Source: Bispira polyomma (lineage: Eukaryota). From it: a stretch of DNA of 64,000 nt. Below are positions 51,001 through 56,700 of the stretch, piece by piece. Numbering within the stretch: position 1 is the stretch's first letter; each line of letters begins with the position of its first letter. The position numbers and the translations under genes are program-made. Location of the stretch: assembly GCA_965649765.1 (NCBI GenBank), contig OZ287749.1, positions 24,304,001 to 24,368,000 on the forward strand. Reading direction: 5' to 3'. A model generated the notes under the pieces. It did no database searches and was not told the origin of the DNA. It saw nothing but the letters and a program-made list of their open reading frames with translations.

Positions 51001-52555
51001 CAAAGCACATTTAAGGGTCTGGTTCAAAGCATCAAACATTTAGTTTGTACACCCTTTAAACATACTATGTACGTTAGAGTTCTGGTTCAAAGCATCAAAT
51101 TTAGTTTATACACCCTTTCTACTTGCCATGTACATTAGGAATCTGGTTGAAGGCAACATGGTTTGTCCAGTTTACAGCTTTAGTTTGTACACCTTAAGGA
51201 TCTGGTTCAAGGCATCATGGTTTTGTAAACCTTTAGTTAGTACACAATTTCATACTTACCATGTACATTCGAGATCTAGTTCGACGCATCATGGTTTTGT
51301 CCAGTGTATACCCATAGTTTGTAAGCCTTTATGATTTGGTTCAAGGCATCATGCTTTTGTCCAGTGTTCACCCACCGTTTGTACACCTTAAGGATCTGGT
51401 TCAAGGCATCATGGTTTTGTCCAGTCTACATCCATAGTTTGTACGCCTTAAGGATCTGGATCAAGGCATCATGGTTTTGTCCAGTGTACACCCATAGTTT
51501 GTACGCATTAAGGATCTGGTTCAAGACATCATAGTTTTGTCCAGTGTACACCCATAGTTTGTATGCCTTGAGGATGTAGTTCAAGACATCATGGTTTTAG
51601 TCCAGTGAACACCCATAGTTTGTATGCCTTAAGGATCTGGTTCAATGCATCATGGTTTTGTAAACCTTTCATTTGTACACCAGTTCATACTCACCATGTA
51701 CATCATTAGAGATCTGGTTCAAGGCGTCATGGTTTTGTCCAGTGTATAAACGTTTAGTCAGTACACCATTTCATACTTACCTTGTACACTTAAAATCTGG
51801 TTCAAGGCATCATGATTTTGGTTGAGTCTGTAAATCTGTTAGTACACCATTTCATACTCACCATGTACATTAGATATCTGGTTTAAGGCGTCATGGTTTT
51901 GTCCAGTATACACTTTCAAACCATTGTTCTTGACACTGAAAGGATATTGAAGTAAGAAAACTGAAATACTGAGTGCATAAATTTTTAAATATAAAATTCA
52001 TATTTCTTTTTGCAAAATAATGAATTATATACACAAGTATATACATTAATGTTTCTCTTCTTTATTTAATGCCTATCTACTGAGAAAAATATGAGTGAAT
52101 ATTATTTGATACATTTAGTTTAAATATATTAATACATAATATATATTTAGTTTTTAAAATACATTTTAAAATCAATAATTTTTAGGCGTGACACAAAAAA
52201 TCTTTAACATACACTGAAAATTTTTTTTTATTACTTTTTGTAAACACACAATGTAAAACAACCATTTTTTACTTAGTAACCACATCTATGTATCCTATAT
52301 GGTTATTACCTACACTTTAGTCACTTGAATTTTTGCATTTACTATAAAATAGAAAACAAAGTATTCAAAAATGGTGTTAAAAAATTTGGATGAAAGTGAA
52401 CACGTTACAAAAATGATGGCGACAATTAATGGTAACAAAAGTGTTATTCCCCCACATTACCTGGTATCCTCACTGTACACAAATCCCTTGGCCTCTTCAC
52501 TGTATAAACAGATATAATCCCCAATCCGGAGACAGTGCTCTAAACTGGGATCCAT
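1..52555 (-). CDS. Divergent inositol 1,4,5-trisphosphate receptor-like Ca2+ release channel, N-terminal ~1160 aa (33 exons; continues beyond window start)
   Basis: Manual join 52555-52461,51935-51862,37177-37056,33430-33344,32024-31947,31003-30923,29382-29203,27123-27036,24283-24176,23626-23549,23221-23072,22618-22539,21444-21319,19806-19756,18941-18852,18270-18088,17275-17153,15467-15363,13572-13468,12945-12874,12620-12488,11487-11378,10531-10418,9668-9505,8072-8018,7678-7560,6800-6704,4683-4576,3872-3736,2894-2827,1698-1643,1225-1061,85-1 = 3487 nt. GT/GC-AG boundaries, matching phases, no stop. Motifs are colinear with ITPR: LRIGDYICLYSE (LHIGDICSLYAE), QNRYK (MNRYS), RRLLGQPIKYGDIVQLRH (RKLLGTVIQYGNVIQLLH), GGSVVQLFHKD (GGDVVRLFHAE), ELVRNNR (ALLHNNR), QLQLYKKLC (QLNLFARMC), LRYLCQGNAFVQ (LQNFCAGNQQNQ). 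Confidence 0.93.
130..499. mobile_element. MITE family with aaggggtgaatatacctg TIRs (TTAA-type, Kolobok-like)
   Basis: Related copies at about 20050-20380 and 49018-49241. Confidence 0.7.
829..1047 (+). mobile_element. tRNA-derived SINE family A
   Basis: A-box TGGCCTAGTGG, core ggtcggtggttt, tail aagctattgaaagtgac...taaattcaaat; other copies at about 7327-7550, 22735-22875, 24450-24555 plus 25448-25545, 27250-27465, 47650-47945 and 63540-63675. Confidence 0.85.
1061..1225 (-). CDS. IP3R-like exon 32: ERYNMVEVVTTISLTLLRYLCQGNAFVQDWLYDNIIEFL...IME
   Basis: RIH2 motif FC.GN..NQ..L. Confidence 0.9.
1643..1698 (-). CDS. IP3R-like exon 31: (G)ILEVILQLSTQVADIKLE
   Basis: ctcccccag / GTATGA; phase 1 to 0. 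Confidence 0.82.
2827..2894 (-). CDS. IP3R-like exon 30: (E)LSHVKGKLDESIIVAQNILINN
   Basis: start of the second RIH domain (QQRLLRNMG-like). Confidence 0.83.
3736..3872 (-). CDS. IP3R-like exon 29: VIVSAKSEAIQRE...ELCQILDRLL
   Basis: ttttccag / GTAAGG; phase 0 to 2. Confidence 0.85.
4576..4683 (-). CDS. IP3R-like exon 28: ALANVEDNTLRRKCLSLLNTYYSSKHDLLRTASRTQ
   Basis: matches [23 protein letters not shown]. Confidence 0.87.
4978..6411. mobile_element. Non-autonomous DNA transposon with about 120-bp TIRs and nested inverted repeats
   Basis: 4978-5099 inverted at 6291-6411; inner IR 5424-5507 / 5768-5852; no clear TSD. Confidence 0.85.
6565..6676. mobile_element. Tc1/pogo-type MITE (TA-CAGT...ACTG-TA)
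   Basis: Relatives at about 3360-3672, 9890-10040, 13125-13220, 26850-27017, 29450-29601 and 32140-32330. Confidence 0.65.
6704..6800 (-). CDS. IP3R-like exon 27: (W)DHFTLKVKVGMLLREMSNKADFVGDEVAKTLF
   Basis: tttttggcag / GTATGT; phase 2 to 0. Confidence 0.78.
6837..7143. mobile_element. TTAA-flanked piggyBac-like MITE
   Basis: ttaaccctttt...aaagagttaa; inverted homologues at about 27880-28115 and 34665-34907. Confidence 0.6.
7327..7550 (+). mobile_element. SINE family A copy abutting the exon 26 donor
   Basis: Colinear with 829-1047; B-box-like gggtttaaatcc. Confidence 0.82.
7560..7678 (-). CDS. IP3R-like exon 26: FLLGSFKDLQEK...DDYDSSGI
   Basis: tttttgcag / GTAGGT; phase 0 to 2. Confidence 0.78.
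8018..8072 (-). CDS. IP3R-like exon 25: (Q)SLELVDILLAKQFWRRMK
   Basis: ttcttcag / GTGACT; resembles IIEILQFILNVRLDYRI. Confidence 0.8.
9505..9668 (-). CDS. IP3R-like exon 24: VLHLMTTLIQLNIVC...TQVQVLL
   Basis: taag / GTAAGT; phase 0 to 2. Confidence 0.82.
10418..10531 (-). CDS. IP3R-like exon 23: EEVTYDTYHGLKEWVKGFCKSNPRMHSMNADRNIFIKE
   Basis: AAG acceptor (exact 5' edge uncertain), GAG|GTGGGT; matches KNKLTFEV. Confidence 0.8.
10521..10818. repeat. 152-bp tandem duplication covering the exon 23 acceptor
   Basis: 10521-10672 versus 10673-10818, diverged copies. Confidence 0.88.
11378..11487 (-). CDS. IP3R-like exon 22: (G)LFFEVDATQSNVSRMQSNNFMFEHISLKALNPEEIE
   Basis: ttattacag / GTGAAG; phase 1 to 0. 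Confidence 0.82.
12367..12507. repeat. 19-bp tandem repeat (acatacctgtaatgagctg, about 7 copies) spanning the exon 21 donor
   Basis: Direct inspection. Confidence 0.93.
12488..12620 (-). CDS. IP3R-like exon 21: GQNQRALELL...VPDSVRALVCQLIT(G)
   Basis: matches LPYDLRASFCRLML; the donor lies in a 19-bp tandem repeat. Confidence 0.85.
12874..12945 (-). CDS. IP3R-like exon 20: VEEDNHTNVTFFTKQLQLYKKLCF
   Basis: matches YYRYQLNLFARMCL. Confidence 0.9.
13468..13572 (-). CDS. IP3R-like exon 19: ESLCHLIHGKQIGRGNDVYISTDNGEHWTSLAKFV
   Basis: ctatcag / GTAAGA; a second in-frame donor lies at 13447. Confidence 0.82.
13792..15075 (+). mobile_element. Non-autonomous Helentron-like (HINE/DINE-type) element hosting the 42-bp array
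   Basis: ccgccaaggaggtta...gtttgtttg microsatellite...atgaaatttg layout; related minus-strand pieces at about 25570-25760 and 2680-2735. Confidence 0.6.
13902..14982. repeat. 42-bp minisatellite (some 41-bp units), about 26 copies (atgggttagatatgagcctaggaagaatccattacattttca)
   Basis: Direct inspection. Confidence 0.97.
15363..15467 (-). CDS. IP3R-like exon 18: ESYFFDLLGSLCTSDGIAITENQVQIAETLVRSCK
   Basis: RIH motif FLDYLSDLC...Q. Confidence 0.92.
17153..17275 (-). CDS. IP3R-like exon 17: NGVGRLCCQTMMELVRNNRTVIDRILPQHVDDIIELFSQQK
   Basis: RIH motif xLxxNNR. Confidence 0.92.
18088..18270 (-). CDS. IP3R-like exon 16 (RIH): MVDSFLEFLH...SNSVSNRLYCARFLPVFRHQLCLN
   Basis: tttcag / GTATGT; aligns to [22 protein letters not shown]. 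Confidence 0.88.
18725..18908. repeat. Duplication of the exon 15 3' end plus donor, with 12-bp (ttttatcatccc) sub-repeats
   Basis: tagtctcaccttagtgtgtttta at 18725 and 18843. Confidence 0.9.
18852..18941 (-). CDS. IP3R-like exon 15: TFDELQRRLSMKRDDKRDDKEKYNILKHTK
   Basis: cttcag / AAG|GTGAGA; position equivalent to PNRERQKLMRE. Confidence 0.8.
19756..19806 (-). CDS. IP3R-like exon 14: KHAGHLLTAIESLKITR
   Basis: ttgttccag / GTGAGT, 51 nt, phase 0; homology weak. Confidence 0.7.
20740..21200 (-). mobile_element. Degenerate L2-like LINE 3' fragment, related to the 34050 copy
   Basis: LSVSSTRPTEKSVG...KWNKL...FRSCLKTY with frameshifts. Confidence 0.6.
21319..21444 (-). CDS. IP3R-like exon 13: LKTSQTREYPDAFILQKVTTSEVDLFNYVFGLVPFMREIRDM
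   Basis: matches KEAFAIVPVSPAEVRDLDF. Confidence 0.9.
21542..21758. mobile_element. Palindromic MITE
   Basis: aaggaatctcaaatt...gccacc / ggtggcg...aatttgagattcctt. Confidence 0.65.
22539..22618 (-). CDS. IP3R-like exon 12: (D)FTYQRQLNTEGDSLETIQYDQATLLQ
   Basis: tttttcag / GTACAC; phase 1 to 0. Confidence 0.82.
23072..23221 (-). CDS. IP3R-like exon 11: (G)SSEFVPEASERTLFRFYP...VRICHQHWDSWINGTS
   Basis: phase 1/1; MIR motif similar to VRLRHLCTNTWVH. Confidence 0.87.
23549..23626 (-). CDS. IP3R-like exon 10: (G)ESLKWGDKFHLLHLTTRMYLTFDEE
   Basis: matches MIR motif WNSLFRFKHLATGHYL. Confidence 0.9.
24176..24283 (-). CDS. IP3R-like exon 9: (A)HLRVRKRNEMKMKSFLPPKNCSTYWQVVRGDSAIS; GC donor
   Basis: ttacag acceptor; CAG|GCAAGC donor; matches FLRTTGR...ALWEV. 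Confidence 0.85.
24556..25447 (-). mobile_element. 5'-truncated L1/Tx1-clade LINE (zf-RVT C-terminus) with 14-bp TSD
   Basis: FQFKILHRI...CSYC...LEHFFFYC...FWKQV...NYILLIGKYYI; A-rich tail; TSD tacagtgctttatc at 24542-24555 and 25448-25461. Confidence 0.9.
27036..27123 (-). CDS. IP3R-like exon 8 (MIR): GGSVVQLFHKDLEAYMAAEGVYPNVYNET; GC donor
   Basis: ctccag acceptor; CAG|GCAAGG donor gives the phase 1 needed by exon 9. Confidence 0.85.
27250..27465 (+). mobile_element. SINE family A copy
   Basis: Colinear with 829-1047. Confidence 0.82.
28256..28597. mobile_element. PIF/Harbinger-like MITE (GGGGCCTTACAGAC TIR, TAA flank)
   Basis: Inverted ends and (acactac) subterminal repeats; partial copy at about 8116-8232. 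Confidence 0.65.
29203..29382 (-). CDS. IP3R-like exon 7: VELEDQIVLESVKSIGTFLHV...AEVLR
   Basis: ttttacag / GTACGG; 180 nt. Confidence 0.88.
30923..31003 (-). CDS. IP3R-like exon 6: VKLDDYNSKHAQFRIVPRYKVKTEGER
   Basis: tttttcag / GTATGT; matches FYIQPFYKLRSIGD. Confidence 0.9.
31025..31395 (-). mobile_element. L2/CR1-group LINE 3' fragment
   Basis: SFAVDAPIVWNAIP...FRKQLETHLY; (attaca)n tail. Confidence 0.8.
31947..32024 (-). CDS. IP3R-like exon 5: LRHVFTSKFLLVSTTETSAVDRNKML
   Basis: ttccag / GTAAGT; matches LLHLKSNKYLTV. Confidence 0.9.
33344..33430 (-). CDS. IP3R-like exon 4: EAAEIEVKDNLTEQRRLLGQPIKYGDIVQ
   Basis: 87 nt, phase 0/0, strong ITPR suppressor-domain motif. Confidence 0.93.
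34050..34370 (-). mobile_element. L2/CR1-group LINE 3' fragment
   Basis: VGSRDFSVAAPMLWNRLP...FRKKLAYPP*; (caata)n tail. Confidence 0.78.
37056..37177 (-). CDS. IP3R-like exon 3: VSFQVLTQNRYKLTKRYRKLHDE...ENAK
   Basis: tttcag / AAG|GTAAGT; NRY motif. Confidence 0.9.
37764..39250. repeat. 27-bp minisatellite, about 55 copies (ggacaacatgtggccagtgcctgtatt)
   Basis: Direct inspection; produces the 9-aa periodic pseudo-ORFs. Confidence 0.97.
40230..41160. mobile_element. Element with repetitive TIRs (gacagaaactccaat/gacaagatttgaa) and an internal ~59-bp tandem duplication
   Basis: 40230-40390 inverted at 41045-41160. Confidence 0.6.
41521..41526 (-). terminator. Candidate polyadenylation signal (AATAAA) of the retrotransposon
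   Basis: About 490 nt after the YR stop, directly adjacent to the terminal motif. Confidence 0.4.
41606..41956. repeat. Array of about 10 dispersed palindromic 15-mers TTAAGG-NNA-CCTTAA in the element 3' UTR
   Basis: Copies at 41622, 41667, 41700, 41756, 41790, 41840, 41881, 41903, 41942 and a half copy at 41606. Confidence 0.85.
42012..42929 (-). CDS. Tyrosine recombinase (phage-integrase family) of the retrotransposon, intact
   Basis: 305 aa; catalytic R (FFRLSNL), K (WAKN), HxxR (HSFRR), H/W (HGGW) and Y (AVWAYL) all present; frame open upstream to a tttcag acceptor at 42986. Confidence 0.95.
   Translation of the reverse strand: MTARTKQAYENSIRLFLAFAIFLGVMELESLQFMLQFCEYLAQQGLKPPSIQNYLSAIKFYFQLWDYPVHVFSHPQIKLFFKSLSLSTPYSPRLKGIITIPILSSILQQASAYSHAYMYKALFLTAFFGFFRLSNLVPSRITQFDPQRHLTCEDFVWSPPGVHVVLRWAKNLRKYNQYHVVQLPALGNSPLCPVAALRTMFAKNRNTKESIVFMYLQKGKLVPLTTYRVRQVLREIMVSLKLNPQSFSFHSFRRSGATLAFDNNVDLQSIMAHGGWRSAAVWAYLQSTPNASSSVAKSLQNIIPH
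42997..45540 (-). pseudogene. pol (N-terminal extension, reverse transcriptase, RNase H) broken by several frameshifts
   Basis: RIIVDLS, KLDLSRAF, NYIDD, GLPINHKK, LQSILGKL; RNase H YVDAS...HFEM...VWCDN...HIAGIKNVQADNLSR; frameshifts near 44930 (poly-G), 44740, 44100, 43810 (poly-G) and 43600. Confidence 0.92.
45525..46757 (-). pseudogene. gag-like ORF1 with one in-frame stop (TGA 46212-46214)
   Basis: ORFs 46757-46212 and 46148-45525 share a frame; N-terminal CxxCxxxHxxPxGxxC, GKKLKSG...WPHE, C-terminal CxxFNxGxC...H...HxCxxC...H. Confidence 0.82.
47032..47038 (-). promoter_or_regulatory. Candidate TATA box (TATAAAA) of the retrotransposon
   Basis: About 130 nt inside the putative 5' end and about 275 nt upstream of the gag ATG. 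Confidence 0.4.
47310..47548 (-). mobile_element. tRNA-derived SINE family B (CORE-like ccttgggcaagatgtg)
   Basis: A-box TGGCCTAGTGG, B-box GAGTTCTATTCC; copies at about 2005-2207, 16790-16930, 25855-26086 and 48800-48990; body shared with 10090-10215, 26580-26680 and 34410-34520. Confidence 0.82.
47946..48338. mobile_element. MITE with about 100-bp TIRs (TAGACC...GGTCTA) and 9-bp TSD, Academ- or MuDR-like
   Basis: TSD cgcagaacc at 47937-47945 and 48339-48347. Confidence 0.9.
50001..50230. other. Assembly gap (230 N)
   Basis: Run of N. Confidence 1.
50985..51910. repeat. Degenerate 60-85 bp tandem array derived from the 3' part of exon 2 and its donor site
   Basis: Units share gatctggttcaaggcatcatggttttgtccagtgta with exon 2 (51876-51910). 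Confidence 0.9.
51862..51935 (-). CDS. IP3R-like exon 2: (S)VKNNGLKVYTGQNHDALNQISNVH(V)
   Basis: tcctttcag acceptor, G|GTGAGT donor; 74 nt, bridges phase 2 to phase 1 as required. Confidence 0.82.
52461..52555 (-). CDS. IP3R-like exon 1: MDPSLEHCLRIGDYICLYSEEAKGFVYSEDT(S)
   Basis: ATG at 52555; donor AG|GTAATG; matches the ITPR N-terminus. A cag 3 nt before the ATG suggests an upstream non-coding exon. Confidence 0.88.
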
Positions 52556-52847
52556 CTCCTGTAGTAATCCTAGAGCTATTTATTGAACCATTTTAGTATG
52601 TATCAAGTTCCCATGGCAAAGGCTAGATTCCAAAGTTTCAATGACTTTAGTATTCATATATTTTATATACGATATAAATTGTATTTCTCATTTATTAAGC
52701 GCTGTCTTATCAGTTGTCAAAAGTAACCCCTTCTTTTTACTTTTGTAGTATTTTTAATATCTAAATTCTAGTACACTTTCTGAAATAAAAACTCAAACTG
52801 ATTTTACAGAAATAAAAAAACCTTTTAAAGAGAAACACAAAAACAAC

Positions 52848-52849
<2 letters not shown>

Positions 52850-52879
<30 letters not shown>
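52850..52879. repeat. (CA)n microsatellite upstream of the IP3R-like ATG
   Basis: About 15 units. Confidence 0.95.
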
Positions 52880-52881
<2 letters not shown>

Positions 52882-53014
52882 GATCATTGAACTCCTTTTA
52901 AAAAGTTTTTCAACCCCATCTACTTAAATATGGAGCCCCTGTTGAGACATCAATATTTTTACCCCTATATTATGAAGTCAGTAACATTAAATCATCCTGT
53001 TAATACAACTTATT

Positions 53015-53260
53015 ATCAGGTGCAGCCTGATAATGTTTTTAAAAAGGGCATGGCTATGTTAGAAACCGCCGCCATGTTAGAAATAATATGTACAGCTTTC
53101 GTGGTGATTGGTTGGCAGAAATTGACCTGGCCAAACTGAAGGGGTGACAGCTTAATTTTACTAGGCGCTGCCTGATATAGCCACCATGTTAGAAATAATA
53201 TGTGAGGACGTCATTGATTGGTTGGAAGCAATCGACCTGGCTGAACTAAGGTGTGTCTTA
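53015..53260. repeat. Interspersed repeat family (atcaggcgcagcctgata...gccatgttagaaataatatg...aggggtgtc)
   Basis: Also at about 19497-19590, 33130-33330 (inverted), 54350-54495 and 59788-59915. Confidence 0.7.
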
Positions 53261-53619
53261 AAAGAGAACCCTTATTTTCTCATGATCAACAAATCATTTT
53301 CTGCGCTCTACTTCTTTTTGAGATCAAGAACTGATTTTGGTGGTCATCAGTCAAATCAACTATCTGGTGAGCATGATTTGGTGATCACCAGATGTATTGG
53401 TGAGCATGACTGAATAAGTTATCAGCATGGAGTCATCTCATAATCATGACATCATCCTGTGTCCACTTAGTGAAATGGTTCAAGCCAAATCATTAAGTAA
53501 GTCTCATGACTTATTAGGTTGTATCAAACCATTACATCTAGAGATGTTGCAGTGAGCATGGCTTAATAAGATGGGTTAAATATATGTGTCGTAGGTCATA
53601 ATTGTCAGGCTGGTTTCAT

Positions 53620-53799
53620 NNNNNNNNNNNNNNNNNNNNNNNNNNNNNNNNNNNNNNNNNNNNNNNNNNNNNNNNNNNNNNNNNNNNNNNNNNNNNNNNN
53701 NNNNNNNNNNNNNNNNNNNNNNNNNNNNNNNNNNNNNNNNNNNNNNNNNNNNNNNNNNNNNNNNNNNNNNNNNNNNNNNNNNNNNNNNNNNNNNNNNNN
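53620..53799. other. Assembly gap (180 N)
   Basis: Run of N. Confidence 1.
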
Positions 53800-56700
53800 A
53801 CCAGGTGACAATAAATGAAACAATTAAATAAAAAATGTATGTCCTAGTAGGGGCTACGTACTTTATGGGGTTGCACAAACTGTGAATAAGGCACACCATC
53901 TAGAAATAATATGGCCTTGGGTTAAAACTTTTAAATGGAGATGAATTCTAGTAGCCCTACTTGGGGTGGGGAAAGGGAGGGGGGATTAGGGGTTTCAGCG
54001 TGGGCTCGAAACGTACATTAATAGAGAGATAAGCATTTAAGTATATGTTTTTTGTGGTATACAAAACAACCGAATTTGAATGTTTGGAGGAATGTTGATA
54101 GCTACTAAACAGGTATATCGATCTACCATACGAAGCAAACTTATTTAAAAAACTATTTTATAACAAAATATGTCTATATAAGGCAGAAAAACCCACATTA
54201 AGACTACATATTAGTCCTCTTGTTACTGACATTAAATACATGTGAATTAACATTATATTATATGTCTTCATAATATGAGTTGTTGTTTTTTATCTTATTC
54301 AAGCCATTATACCCCTTGTTGCTAATTAGTCTGTTGAAATATTATAAGTAATTATCAGGCGTAGCATCATATTGTTTTCATCGTGAAAAAGGTACCGCCA
54401 TCTTAAAAAATATGTAAGGCCTTCATGGATTGGTTGGAAGCAATCGACCCGGCCAATATGAGGGGTGTCAGATTTATTGTTATTATGCGCTGCCTGGGGA
54501 CTTATATAGATTATTTTAAATAAATATACGTTACCTATTGTAATATTATGCCAATACTTTTACCTAAACATACTTCCACTTTGAATTGATGTAACAGAGG
54601 TATCACAGTCTGTACAAGCATAATTGAAAACTATTTTAAATTACACAAAAAAGGCACCCTTAGCAAGAGTGATGATTTACGACAATTGGTGTCGTAAATT
54701 ATTTTTAATAACAAAAGTGGGCCTAAATTTTGTCAAATAAACTCATATTCTTGCTGACTATAATATATTTCCTTATTAATAGACATATAAGCTAGACGTG
54801 TCACCATTTCTTTTAATAGAGATTTCATCGAGTTTGTACATGCAGATTTGCTTAAAATTTTAAGACCTTGGCAAGTTGAAGACGCTTGATAAAACTGTGA
54901 TCCCCAGGTTTTGTATGAAAAGTTATATTGTGTGAAAATGTATACACTGAATGAGAGAGAAGTGAATGGCAGACAATTTTTTTTTAAAGTGTAGCTAATA
55001 TTTTATATTGAATGCTTTACGACCTTTCCTGCATCCTTGGTTATGTTTTGATATTGTGCTTTTGAAGACTTTATTTATCCATAATGATACAATACTGTAA
55101 GTCTTTCAAAAGACAACTGCAGTATAGTCAAGTCTAATACTAGTTAATTTTTTTGGTGTGCTCTGGACGTGAAATACTTGCGTGTGGTCCAACACCTCCT
55201 TAATTTAATTGTTGAGTACTAACTCTCAAAAATGTAATAATTGTAATCCAAAAGGCAGTGAATTTTATAATGTTTTAGATGTAAAATGTAGTTTTTTTTT
55301 ACTACAGTGATGCCTGTAGTATAACACTACTATAAATTCTTGGATGGAGCCTTAACTGTGGTCCCAAACCTCTTAAATTAATTGAGGAGGAACTATAGAA
55401 ATGTATTAAGTAAGTGGAAGCCACAAGGCAGTGTGTTTTGAAATCTATGTAATGTGTTTTGATGTCAAATAAATGCAAACATACATACATACATTATTAC
55501 AAACTTTGAAAGTAAGACAAAATGCATAAATAGGATAAACTTTTAACGCCTCTTTGATAACCTTGGTAAAAAAAATGGTTTGTAAATTTAAAAATACAAA
55601 TTACTGATAATAGGAGCTCATATTTCTTTCATGTCATTAAATAATCTAATTGATGTGTAAATATGTAACACAAAATTTGTTGTATATTAAGCAACACGCC
55701 GTTCTTTGTATATGAATGTTTGTATATTTTCACTCTCTCATAACTCATACTTGGCTAGCTGTGTATTTATCAGATGATAGTACATTAGTATAATGAAAAG
55801 TCTATCTATCTCCCCATCTATCAATCTACATACACCAGAAACTGAGGGTTTTTTTTTTTACTACAGTGACACCTATGTCGAGTTATAAAGGTGTTTACAT
55901 ATTAACCCATCAAGATTTATATGGTTTCAACAAGAACTTAGGCCTAAATTTGTAAAGTTAATTCAAATTATAAAGACCGGAAGTGCGCATCGACCACAAA
56001 AGCCGTAAGTGCGCAATTCGTAACCGTACCTTATCTGGGAGAATAGATCACGGATAAATAGTTCCGTCAGTAGCTACAAAAATGGTTCACAGTGAATTGG
56101 AAAATGTCTTATTATTAGCTTTAAAATATATTATTGTCAGTCTTTATAATAGAAATAAAGTACACGGGCTAGTACTTTATTGTACTTTATTGGCGAATCA
56201 AGGACAGCCTTCCGCCGTAAGTCAGTCCTTGATTCGTCAATAAAGTACTCGCCCTTGAACTTTATTTCTACATCATTGCTAACTATAATATATGTCCTTA
56301 TATGTTAATATGCATAACCTAGACATGTCGGTATTCCTTTCAACAGAGTTCTCATCGAGTTCCCTTATGCAGCCAGATTTTCAGATATCTTTTTGCAGAA
56401 AAGTATACATCATAGCATTTAAATTTGAGACCTTGGCAAGTGTAAGACCTTTGATGAAGCTATGGCACCAGGTATATTTTATGAAGTGTTATACACTGCA
56501 TGTGAGTGAAATCAAGGGCTGAATAGGTGTGTGTGTGTGTTGTTTTGGAGTTTACCTCATATTTTTACTGGTTTTTATAGAGGTTTTCGTGCTACGTATG
56601 TATCCGTTTCTACGTCACCATATTAAGTGCATCACACCATTTTTAACGTCAATAACTCTATACTGATACGGATTCATCACGTATGACATGGCCTCATACA

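Noticed and set aside
1-52555. Ryanodine receptor or canonical ITPR orthologue call
   Set aside because: No SPRY/RyR repeats after RIH1; similarity to canonical ITPR is limited to motifs, so no gene symbol was assigned
49956-53899. ORFs containing X runs
   Set aside because: Artefacts of the two N gaps
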